Below are positions 9,434 to 17,692 of a DNA stretch of 64,000 nucleotides, piece by piece (the first letter of the stretch is position 1; every line of letters starts with the position of its first letter). The position numbers and the translations under genes are program-made. The notes under the pieces were generated by a model. The model saw only the letters and a list, made by a program, of their open reading frames with translations, was not told the DNA's origin and searched no databases. This DNA comes from a virus. The DNA is taken from the IMG/VR virus record IMGVR_UViG_3300027899_000008; one strand, written 5' to 3'.

Positions 9434-10469
9434 CAGCGTTCTCTATGGTTTTCTCTCCACCATAACTGAACTGAGTATACACTGCCTTCTCCACTAACGC
9501 AAGAACATCTTTGGTAAAATACTTTTCTGGATTATCATAAATCGTCTTCTCAAACGCTTTGGTTCCATCTGGAAGTTCAATGCGCGTTGAATTCTTTTTG
9601 AATATTCCAGCAGACACCGCAACATCCACAAGACCATAATAAGGGTCAAGTCCCGTTTCGTAATTCAACCGAATATCCACCATGCTATTTTCTTTGGTGA
9701 ATCTACCCTTATAAAGTTTACAATGAATGATATTTCCAACAACCTCACCATCAGAATTCTTATCCTTTCGTTTGGAAAGATAAAGAATAGTTGATGCCGC
9801 ATACTTCAATCCCTGACCACCAGCAAGTTCTGCTGTTGGGAACATTCCCATGGATTGATATGTGTGGTTTGTCATCAGAAGAGGAATCTTCGCTACACCA
9901 AGTTTTACCGTCAAGACTCGAAATGTAGCCTTGATGATTTGTGCGCGGGTCATATCCCTTGTATCTTTTCCATCAGCGGTGTCAGTCATCTCTTTGGATG
10001 TGGACAACATTCCCAACGAATCAAGAACAATGAAGGTTGGTTTCTGTTCGCTTTTGGGAAGAGCGATGTATTTGTCTACAATCGTAATTACTTGATGACG
10101 AAATTCTTCTACCGTTGATACTGGAAATACCGCAATTCGTTTTGGGTCAATTCCACGATTCTTGAACATATCAGAAGTAACTGCTTGTTCAGAATCAAAA
10201 TATAAAACAACAGCATTGGGATTATCCCGTAAAAACTTAGAAGCAATTCCCAAAGCAATATAAGTCTTTCCTGTGGATGTTTCTCCCGCAATCGCTGTAA
10301 TTTTATTATTTGGCATTCCATTATAAATGGATGCTGATAGTAGTCCGTTCAGGATATAACATCCAGTATCAACGAATCCACTCACATCACTTCCATCCAA
10401 TCCATCGGAAACTAGTGATGCGTATTTGTTTCCAGACGATTTCACCATTGACGATAAAAAATCACTCAT
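9426..10469 (-). CDS. uvsX: RecA-like recombinase UvsX
   Basis: GETSTGKT Walker A, FDSE, LDSLGML, DMTRA, YAASTI. Likely start MSDFL at 10469 after GAAAGGA. Confidence 0.95.
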   Translation of the reverse strand: MSDFLSSMVKSSGNKYASLVSDGLDGSDVSGFVDTGCYILNGLLSASIYNGMPNNKITAIAGETSTGKTYIALGIASKFLRDNPNAVVLYFDSEQAVTSDMFKNRGIDPKRIAVFPVSTVEEFRHQVITIVDKYIALPKSEQKPTFIVLDSLGMLSTSKEMTDTADGKDTRDMTRAQIIKATFRVLTVKLGVAKIPLLMTNHTYQSMGMFPTAELAGGQGLKYAASTILYLSKRKDKNSDGEVVGNIIHCKLYKGRFTKENSMVDIRLNYETGLDPYYGLVDVAVSAGIFKKNSTRIELPDGTKAFEKTIYDNPEKYFTKDVLALVEKAVYTQFSYGGEKTIENADG

Positions 10470-10479
10470 AATATTCCTT

Positions 10480-11634
10480 TCAACCAAATAGGTTTTCTAA
10501 TGTATTTGTTTTTTCACTTGTCCAATCTATAGTATCTAGAATCGATGTAAGTGGATCGATAAAAGATTTCTGAAACTGGGTATTATAATCAATATATTCA
10601 TGTAGTTCAAATTCCTTTGGAAGAACATTCACGAAAGATACAATTTGGTCCTGTCCTAGCATTCCACCAAGAGGATTTGGTTTCTTAAGATGAAGAAACT
10701 TAATCTTATCTCCTTCAATAATTTTCTTGTATTTCTTACCTATCTTCAACTGATTAAGATAATAATTATAAATCAACGCTCCCTTTACCGCAATTGGAGT
10801 TGACTTCTTGTAGATATTATCCTTATCCGCATATTTGTTCATTCCGTGAACGCTTCGGGGAAACGCAATCGCTTCTGGAGAAAGTGAATTAAATTCAACC
10901 TTGACTCCTTCAATAAAGGAGTGCATGTCTGCATGAGTGCCATTCATTACGATATGAATGGCATTCTTTAAATGCTTTCTCACAATCTCAGGTGTGGAGG
11001 AACGACTAGTCTCGATTCCCATGATTTTCATCTTGGGTTCATCATAGCGAACACCTTCTGAGTCCCATACATTCAATATGTAACGCTTCTTGGCAGTCCA
11101 CATTCCCTTGTCAGCAATGACTTCACGACCCATTTGCATCTTGTTCTCATATGCGTTCATGGTTTCGGATAGTTCTTGAAACTTCTTCTCAATGAATGGA
11201 ATTAGTATCTCTTCTGCTGACTTGTCGAGAAAGTCTACTATGGTGCTTATCTTTGGTTTTGACACCTTAGTTTCTCCATCAAGCATACTGACTGATGGAT
11301 ATACTTTCTCAACAAGATTATTCAGACAAAGATAAACAGAATCTGTATCAGATGCAATAACATAATCAATATCTGTAGTTTTTAGAATCTTGTTTAGATA
11401 TTTGTTAATTTCTTGAGCAATCCATTGAATGGATAACTGACCCGACAGAGTAATCGCCTCTGCGAGTTCGGTAGAATAATATCGAAAGTATTGATTGCCT
11501 ATAGCACCATAGGCAGAGTTTAGTTGAATCTTGCGAACCAACTGAAAGTTGTGATACTTGGAAATATCCAATTCACACTGCTTACGGAGCAATAACAATT
11601 CCTCCGTAGATAATTTTGTTAAATGTTTAGACAT
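10480..11634 (-). CDS. gp43: Family B DNA polymerase, C-terminal subunit (gp43B)
   Basis: Motif B KIQLNSAYG, motif C DTDS, KKRY, thumb region, clamp-binding tail TLENLFG. Confidence 0.95.
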   Translation of the reverse strand: MSKHLTKLSTEELLLLRKQCELDISKYHNFQLVRKIQLNSAYGAIGNQYFRYYSTELAEAITLSGQLSIQWIAQEINKYLNKILKTTDIDYVIASDTDSVYLCLNNLVEKVYPSVSMLDGETKVSKPKISTIVDFLDKSAEEILIPFIEKKFQELSETMNAYENKMQMGREVIADKGMWTAKKRYILNVWDSEGVRYDEPKMKIMGIETSRSSTPEIVRKHLKNAIHIVMNGTHADMHSFIEGVKVEFNSLSPEAIAFPRSVHGMNKYADKDNIYKKSTPIAVKGALIYNYYLNQLKIGKKYKKIIEGDKIKFLHLKKPNPLGGMLGQDQIVSFVNVLPKEFELHEYIDYNTQFQKSFIDPLTSILDTIDWTSEKTNTLENLFG

Positions 11635-11881
11635 GGGGTTTTATTGTTTGCTTCCATACTCCATCTACAATGAATCCATAAGGTGAAGCTTCATCTTCTG
11701 GAAACTTGGCAACCACATATGGTTTAGTTTTCTTGGTCGTCAGGAGGTCATTCAGTGCCTCGCATTCGGTGACCGCACTAGTCTTCTTTTTGAAGACCAG
11801 AACGCCCCTACGGGGTTCTCCCGAGATGTCTTTCATGTTATCGTCAACAAAGATATTCAGTTTGGTCATAATTCCATACAT
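11627..11881 (-). CDS. Hypothetical protein
   Basis: 84-aa ORF coupled to neighbours; its first codons are duplicated at 12530-12553. Confidence 0.6.
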   Translation of the reverse strand: MYGIMTKLNIFVDDNMKDISGEPRRGVLVFKKKTSAVTECEALNDLLTTKKTKPYVVAKFPEDEASPYGFIVDGVWKQTIKPHV

Positions 11882-11884
11882 TAT
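11861..11884. repeat. 24-bp direct repeat, copy 1 (flanks PEP-CTERM gene)
   Basis: TTTGGTCATAATTCCATACATTAT, identical to 12530-12553. Confidence 0.92.
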
Positions 11885-12519
11885 CGTCGTCTCCGAATCC
11901 CAATCATACCAGCAATCCCGATCAGCGCAAGTGCCGATGGTGCTGGAACGAGCGCGTATTCAATGTTGTCAATGATAATCTGACTTGCGCCATTAGCACC
12001 AACATTAGTAGAATACACCTTGATCTCGGTGATATTGTTCAGAGGACCAGGATATACGGATTGCAGGTTAAGTTTCACCCGCTGTGCAGCAGCAATTTGA
12101 GCAGTGTAAGTGAATACGCCCTCTCCGTATCGGTAGCCTTCAATAATCACAGTCATTGACGACCAAGCGGAAGTCACCTCAAGACTAGACAATCTCCACA
12201 TTTCGTTTCTACTGATTCTGAAATTGTAGGAGGAAGTCGAACCGAACGGAGTAAAGATGGCACGATCACCAATGATGCCCTCATCATATCCACCATATCC
12301 TGGTCCACCGACAAGATCGTAATACCACCACTTGTTTTCGCTAGCAGCATATGAACTGGTGAAGTTGAATCCTTCATAGTTGCTTAGAGGTTCGTAGTAA
12401 AGTCCAAGTGGTGTCGAATAAATATCCGTAAGTGTCGGCGCAGGAAGATTTTCAAAGGTGCAGAGTTCTGCGTGTGCCGAAGTTGCGAGTAGAGTTGTTG
12501 CGATTAGTGTCTTTAACAT
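11881..12519 (-). CDS. Secreted PEP-CTERM-type (PAP variant) exosortase substrate
   Basis: Signal peptide (..SAHA/E); C-terminal VPAPSALALIGIAGMIGIRRRR (motif, TM helix, Arg cluster). Confidence 0.85.
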   Translation of the reverse strand: MLKTLIATTLLATSAHAELCTFENLPAPTLTDIYSTPLGLYYEPLSNYEGFNFTSSYAASENKWWYYDLVGGPGYGGYDEGIIGDRAIFTPFGSTSSYNFRISRNEMWRLSSLEVTSAWSSMTVIIEGYRYGEGVFTYTAQIAAAQRVKLNLQSVYPGPLNNITEIKVYSTNVGANGASQIIIDNIEYALVPAPSALALIGIAGMIGIRRRR

Positions 12520-12529
12520 TTTATTCCTT

Positions 12530-12553
12530 TTTGGTCATAATTCCATACATTAT
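12530..12553. repeat. 24-bp direct repeat, copy 2
   Basis: Identical to 11861-11884; encodes the start of mini-ORF MYGIMTKKE* (12521-12550, minus strand). Confidence 0.92.
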
Positions 12554-12568
12554 TGATATCCTTCAGAA

Positions 12569-12639
12569 CTACCCCGCTTGGATTCGAACCAAGAAAAGAA
12601 GCTCCAAAGGCTTCTGTGATACCATTTCACCACGGGGTA
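12569..12639 (-). tRNA. tRNA-Gln (anticodon UUG)
   Basis: Acceptor stem TACCCCG/CGGGGTA, D arm GTGA-AATGGTA-TCAC, anticodon arm GAAGC-CTTTGGA-GCTTC, T arm CTTGG-TTCGAAT-CCAAG, discriminator G, no encoded CCA. Confidence 0.93.
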
Positions 12640-13179
12640 TTAAAACACATTACTTGCAAGTGCATACATTGCGATACCACTCGCGGTTCCTACATTCAGA
12701 CTTCTGACACTTCCATATTGCTTAATATACAAGATGTGGTCGCAGATGTCAAGAATTTCTGTGGGAATACCAACTTGTTCTTGACCGAATGCTAGAACAT
12801 AATGGGTATTAGAATCCCATTCAAAGGTATCAATCGCCGTAGCACTTGGAACATTATCTATTCCAATCACCTTTAATGTTCCGTAGGTTTGACGAAGAAC
12901 TTTAATTCTATCGTCAAGTTCGGTAAAGGTCTTGGTGTGTAAAAAATTAGTATAATGATGTGTTCCTACAGTGCCACGGCGATCATACTGCTTTGACCCA
13001 TAAAGAATCACCTGCTTCGCAAGAAACGCATTAGCGTTACGAATGACCGTAGCAATATTGAAATCATTATAAAGATTGCTACACACAACGGTAAAATTAT
13101 TCCGTTTGTCTTCAAGGTCAGCAATGATTGCTTCGTGCGACCAGTAGTGAAAGTGGTCAATTATATTCCTTGTCTCCAT
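12640..13179 (-). CDS. SpoU/TrmH-family RNA 2'-O-methyltransferase
   Basis: NIATVIRNANAF, FGQEQVGI and VRSLNVGTASGI SPOUT motifs. Confidence 0.9.
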   Translation of the reverse strand: METRNIIDHFHYWSHEAIIADLEDKRNNFTVVCSNLYNDFNIATVIRNANAFLAKQVILYGSKQYDRRGTVGTHHYTNFLHTKTFTELDDRIKVLRQTYGTLKVIGIDNVPSATAIDTFEWDSNTHYVLAFGQEQVGIPTEILDICDHILYIKQYGSVRSLNVGTASGIAMYALASNVF

Positions 13180-13185
13180 TGGTAT

Positions 13186-13213
13186 ATTATAGCAGAAAAC
13201 TTTACTTTGTCAA
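13186..13213 (-). promoter_or_regulatory. Sigma70-type promoter of the trmH-like gene (predicted leaderless)
   Basis: TTGACA-N16-TATAAT with TGn extension; ATG 6 nt after the -10. The -35 lies in the last codons of gp43A. Confidence 0.8.
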
Positions 13214-14683
13214 TCCCCTACGCTTGAGTTCCGCATTAATTTCCTCTAAATCTTTTTTAGATTCAATCATTTTAGTTTTGAATGTTTTACGCTCTTGATA
13301 CATCGTGTCCATGAGTTCTGGTAAGAATCCACGAATATCCTTACGATAAGTAGTTCCATTGGCAGCAACGGATAGATTCTTCTCCTTGAACTGCTGTATG
13401 AATTTAGCAGCAGGAACATCACCTTTAAGAATAGCATCTGGTGAAATAACACCACGCATGTGATTAGATGTGATTGTCTCTGTGGAAATATTATACTGCA
13501 TTATGAGATGTGGATAAAGCGAATTCAAGTCAAAGGACACAACCCATTTGTGCATTCCAACGAGAGGTTCCTTTACATACGCACCAGCATATTGCTCATC
13601 CTTGAGTCCCTTCTTCTTAGGAGGAATGACAATGTTCTTGTTGCTCAAGTAATTATAGATGATAACATCCCATGTTCGAACCTGTGAGAACACATCCTGA
13701 AAATTCACTCCTGCTGAATACGCAAGTGCTACAGAGAGTTCAATCAGTTTTAGTTTCTCTTCCAATTTCTGAACGAGTTCAACATCTCGAATATTATACT
13801 GAATGAACTTCTGAAAATCCTTCTTGTAAAACTCATTCATACTCTCGTATTCGTCATATGCCAACTTACGCTGACCTAATTCTACATACGCAATATGGTC
13901 AAGTCGATATGATTCCTGATTGACATATGTGAATGCCTTGTAGACTTCAAAGTAATCAAGCATTGCTATGCCAACAATATCATACATCAAGTCTTCTCTA
14001 CCATTACGAGTGACAAACTTCTCCTTGAGAATTCCCCATGGAGAGAGCATCTTGGCAGCCTTGTTGCCAAGAACCTTCTTGACCCGCTTGATGAGATAGG
14101 GAAAGTCAAAGAATCGAATGTTCCACCCACTCACGATGTCGGGATAATTCTTCGCAAAGTATTCAAGAAATTCCTTGAGAAGTTTATCTTCCTCCATGTA
14201 TTCAAATACCTTGATATCCTCATCAGTATTGAATGTTCCAAGACAGAAAGTCGCCTTTCCATGTTTGGTCGATGATATGGTGATTGCGATGATTTCTTCT
14301 TGAGGGTCTTCGATAGAGGGCCATCCTTTTTCCGAAGTAGTCTCAATGTCAATATACATGATATCAATCTGTGAGAAATCATATCCAATATTTGTTCCAT
14401 AATTTTTGTTTATGAACTTATATTCTGCTTGAACATCTCCATGAATCTCAAAATTGGGAACATCAGAATAACTCTTGATGAATTCCTTGTAATCTTGAAA
14501 TGTTCCAAAGAACATCTCAGACATATACTTTCCATCAATAGACTTATGTTTGGTTGGTTTATTTGATGGTAGAAATATCGATGGTTTATACTCACTCCTT
14601 CGGAATGTCTTGGTTCCATCCGAATCTCTTTCAGCAATAAGCATACATTCAAAATTATAGAAAATATTAGTGTAAAATTTCAT
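13202..14683 (-). CDS. gp43: Family B DNA polymerase, N-terminal subunit (gp43A: exonuclease plus palm motif A)
   Basis: ExoI DIET, ExoII NIRFFDFPY, ExoIII YNIRD, motif A SFDLNSLYP; ends after the first fingers helix. Confidence 0.95.
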   Translation of the reverse strand: MKFYTNIFYNFECMLIAERDSDGTKTFRRSEYKPSIFLPSNKPTKHKSIDGKYMSEMFFGTFQDYKEFIKSYSDVPNFEIHGDVQAEYKFINKNYGTNIGYDFSQIDIMYIDIETTSEKGWPSIEDPQEEIIAITISSTKHGKATFCLGTFNTDEDIKVFEYMEEDKLLKEFLEYFAKNYPDIVSGWNIRFFDFPYLIKRVKKVLGNKAAKMLSPWGILKEKFVTRNGREDLMYDIVGIAMLDYFEVYKAFTYVNQESYRLDHIAYVELGQRKLAYDEYESMNEFYKKDFQKFIQYNIRDVELVQKLEEKLKLIELSVALAYSAGVNFQDVFSQVRTWDVIIYNYLSNKNIVIPPKKKGLKDEQYAGAYVKEPLVGMHKWVVSFDLNSLYPHLIMQYNISTETITSNHMRGVISPDAILKGDVPAAKFIQQFKEKNLSVAANGTTYRKDIRGFLPELMDTMYQERKTFKTKMIESKKDLEEINAELKRRGLTK

Positions 14684-15000
14684 TTTGATTTCAAATATGC
14701 TGCGAGAAGAACAGAATAATTAATAAGGTCTTCAAGAGTGTCGTATACGGTTTCATCCTCTACGCTTAATTCCCCTCTACTTGAGAATGATGCTAGTCTA
14801 GACATCTTATCAGTCATGCGAACAAGAAACGCTTGTTCGGTAGAACACACACCAAGTGCTTCCGCACGACGGAAATTAGCAAATGGGTCGTTTCCAACAC
14901 CAGCATAATCAGCATTCTTTTTCTTCATCATAACGAGAGCGGATTCACACATAGTTTCATGTAGTGTAAAAAGTTCTTCACGGGTCATATTATTCTCCAA
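14680..15000 (-). CDS. Nucleotide modification-associated domain (DUF1599/Nmad1-like) protein
   Basis: KKNADYA..DPFANF..RMTDKMSR..DTLEDLINY pattern. Confidence 0.7.
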   Translation of the reverse strand: MENNMTREELFTLHETMCESALVMMKKKNADYAGVGNDPFANFRRAEALGVCSTEQAFLVRMTDKMSRLASFSSRGELSVEDETVYDTLEDLINYSVLLAAYLKSK

Positions 15001-16354
15001 ATAGTCCTTCTAGTGTAGTCGATTTCATTGAAATGTCAAATCCATTCTTTGAAAAACACCAAACATTCTCAATGAATGTTGTAGATAAATGTTGTCTAAG
15101 AGCACCGCTGTCTATATTCTTTGGTCGTTGCTTGATACGCATACCCACTTGACCATCAAATTTTCCACCAAGGGAAACAATATGTTCCACCATCTGGTCG
15201 CAAGCTCTATATCTTTTTGTTTTAATCTGTGGGTCCATTATATTTATCATCATGATTCCATTATCGGTAAGTGATTCGTAACACGCTGTCAACACTGGTT
15301 GAAAGAATCCTGTCCACCACTTATCATATTGCTGATATCGAAACCATGATTGTTTCCAGTCATCTCCACCTTCGTCATATAATTCAGTTGCGAAATATGG
15401 AGGAGAAGTGAAGATACAATCGTATTTGCTTTTCTTGATGATATGTAGAATATCTTCAGCAGGAGCGTTGTATGCTACAACTTCCTTTCCTGATGCTCCA
15501 ATACACTGAAAGGCATCGTAGATATGTCCCTTTACATCAATCTGAAATGTTTTGATTTTTGGTTCACTACCACTTAATGCCTTTTCATATGCGATACATT
15601 GTTCCTTGTATACACGAAACACACTAGGATTTGGGTCAGTGCCAGTATATTTCATAGCAGAAGAGGTATAGAATCCCGCAAGGCGGTCACCCCAACCCAT
15701 GCTGAAATCTAATACAGATTTTAATCCCATCGAATTCGATGGGATTGAGTTTGAAGGAATTCGTGAAAATACGAAGTCGTATATTGTTTTCGCAACATGA
15801 GGTTTGAATTGTGTGGCAACATACGCACCAAGTCTAAAGGAACCACGAATCTTGTTTTGATTGATTCCACGATCCTCCATTCTCCAAAATGTCCAATTCA
15901 TCTTATGAAGAAGGTCTGGAGAATACCAATATTCATTTGGAGAAACAAATCCGTGAGAACCACAATCATATCTGTTTCGTTGCTGAAAGAAATTACTGAT
16001 GTCGTTATGATAATGTCCATAGGATATTACAAACTTACCATATGTGGAATATGGATATTTGTAGTCATTATATTTCTCAACAACCTTACCAGCATCGTTC
16101 ATTATAAACTCAGTAAAACATATCTTTCGCAAATCATTAAATTTATTTTCCATATCTTCCTGTGATATTTTCCTAAATGGAAATATCACAGCGTATCGTG
16201 AGATATATTCTGCGAGTCCGTCTTTAATTTCTTGTTTTGTAAATTTGGAATTTATCTCATCCCAATCATTTCCTCCAACAATTGGTATGCCATCGGCATC
16301 GGCAAACTTATGAAGAAAATTGACCACATCATCTAAAATATTTGGAGTTGACAT
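14990..16354 (-). CDS. DNA amino-methyltransferase (N4-C/N6-A)
   Basis: LDFSMGWGDRL SAM-binding motif and FTSPPYF catalytic motif. Confidence 0.85.
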   Translation of the reverse strand: MSTPNILDDVVNFLHKFADADGIPIVGGNDWDEINSKFTKQEIKDGLAEYISRYAVIFPFRKISQEDMENKFNDLRKICFTEFIMNDAGKVVEKYNDYKYPYSTYGKFVISYGHYHNDISNFFQQRNRYDCGSHGFVSPNEYWYSPDLLHKMNWTFWRMEDRGINQNKIRGSFRLGAYVATQFKPHVAKTIYDFVFSRIPSNSIPSNSMGLKSVLDFSMGWGDRLAGFYTSSAMKYTGTDPNPSVFRVYKEQCIAYEKALSGSEPKIKTFQIDVKGHIYDAFQCIGASGKEVVAYNAPAEDILHIIKKSKYDCIFTSPPYFATELYDEGGDDWKQSWFRYQQYDKWWTGFFQPVLTACYESLTDNGIMMINIMDPQIKTKRYRACDQMVEHIVSLGGKFDGQVGMRIKQRPKNIDSGALRQHLSTTFIENVWCFSKNGFDISMKSTTLEGLFGE

Positions 16355-16869
16355 TATGTTCCTGTGGAACCAAATCCACCATTTCTATTGCTCTTTGATA
16401 TTGGTTTATCTTGTATATATTGTAATATTGCTCTATTATTGAATACCATCTCTGCTTGGGTTATTCTATCTCCATTGTATATTCTTATCTTTTTCATTGA
16501 ATTATTATAGATTGGAATAAAGACCTCTTCGATGTAATCAGCGTCTATTATACCAACAGAATTTATCAAATTCAAGCCCTGTTTTGTAGAAAGACCAGAA
16601 CGAGCATATAATCTTACAGAACAACTAATCGGAATATCAAATATTAATCCAGTTGGAATTAATACTCTCCATTCACTAGGAATTTCAATAAAATTCCTAC
16701 CATCGGAATTCTGAACAACTACCATGCCTATAGCATCATTCGATTTACTGAATCCCTTTATATTTGTTTGATATGAAAGATATGCTGATATATCAAAACA
16801 TGCCGCATGATTTGACCCATATGTTGGATTTGGAACATCTTCGTTTGTTTTATAGATGCGTAGTTCCAT
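16354..16869 (-). CDS. dut: Trimeric dUTPase
   Basis: AACFDI, ARSGLS, GIIDADY, GDRITQ, RNGGFGSTG. Confidence 0.95.
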   Translation of the reverse strand: MELRIYKTNEDVPNPTYGSNHAACFDISAYLSYQTNIKGFSKSNDAIGMVVVQNSDGRNFIEIPSEWRVLIPTGLIFDIPISCSVRLYARSGLSTKQGLNLINSVGIIDADYIEEVFIPIYNNSMKKIRIYNGDRITQAEMVFNNRAILQYIQDKPISKSNRNGGFGSTGT

Positions 16870-16876
16870 ATTAGTC

Positions 16877-17668
16877 TTAAAGTCTTACAATTTGTATTCT
16901 TGTTGCTTTATTGAAATTTGTTGTAAATGTTCCGAGATTGACACTTGCTGTATCTGTAATTGATGTGGCGACAGGACTTCTACATTGAATTGTGAAATAT
17001 TCATCAGCCGCTAAAGCAATGATAGCTGAACCATTTTGGGTTCCAGTTATTGCTCCAGCATCAGTATTAAGTGCTGGTTGAATTAGAAGAGAAGTGAAAC
17101 CATACACATTATTTAATGGAGCATCATTTGAGAGGAATGCTTTTTGAATCCATACACTTTTAGCAGGATTAACGTTTAAGCCTACAGGTCCACTAGGCAC
17201 AACCCAAGTAATCTGATATGTTACCAATAAATACATTATATTGCCAGAATTATTAGTAAATCTACCATTAGTAGTATAGGTTAGATGTGTGTCTGAAATT
17301 GTTTGTAATTCACTATTTGCAAATGTCAGACCGATAGGGATATTAGCAGCTACAGATAAAGTAGCATCAGAATATCTAGATATTATTCCACTAGGAGATG
17401 CTGACACCGAAAGATCATCAACATATGTCTTCAATGCTTTTTGTGTTGGTATTTTGGCATCGGATGGAGTAGTAAATGCGGAATCAATTGTTACTTCACA
17501 TCCAAATGTTATCGCTTGTCCAAATGTATTTCCGATATAAAATCCATAACTTCCTGATCCTGTTAGATTCGCACCAAGTTCGCCAGCAGTCAATCCTGAT
17601 CCAGTACTGACAGAATAATTTCCAGGTTTTGCATTTCCTTGTTTGATTCGTAATATTGGTTTTGCCAT
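16877..17668 (-). CDS. Putative virion fibre/decoration protein (paralog 1)
   Basis: IKQG..LTAGELG N-terminal module, KIPTQKALKTY, C-terminal beta-sandwich ending ATRIQIVRL. Confidence 0.65.
   Translation of the reverse strand: MAKPILRIKQGNAKPGNYSVSTGSGLTAGELGANLTGSGSYGFYIGNTFGQAITFGCEVTIDSAFTTPSDAKIPTQKALKTYVDDLSVSASPSGIISRYSDATLSVAANIPIGLTFANSELQTISDTHLTYTTNGRFTNNSGNIMYLLVTYQITWVVPSGPVGLNVNPAKSVWIQKAFLSNDAPLNNVYGFTSLLIQPALNTDAGAITGTQNGSAIIALAADEYFTIQCRSPVATSITDTASVNLGTFTTNFNKATRIQIVRL
17433..17521. repeat. 89-bp block identical to 18291-18379
   Basis: Direct comparison; encodes GQAITFGCEVTIDSAFTTPSDAKIPTQKAL in both paralogs. Confidence 0.85.
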
Positions 17669-17692
17669 GTTATGTTGCCGATTCTGATAATT

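Noticed and set aside
11635-13201. Intein or self-splicing intron explaining the gp43 split
   Set aside because: No Hint blocks at either end; the interval holds ordinary genes, a tRNA and a promoter, and I saw no intron core.
15727-15760. IPSNS-IPSNS duplication in the MTase
   Set aside because: Short, in frame and synonymously diverged; likely a neutral loop duplication.
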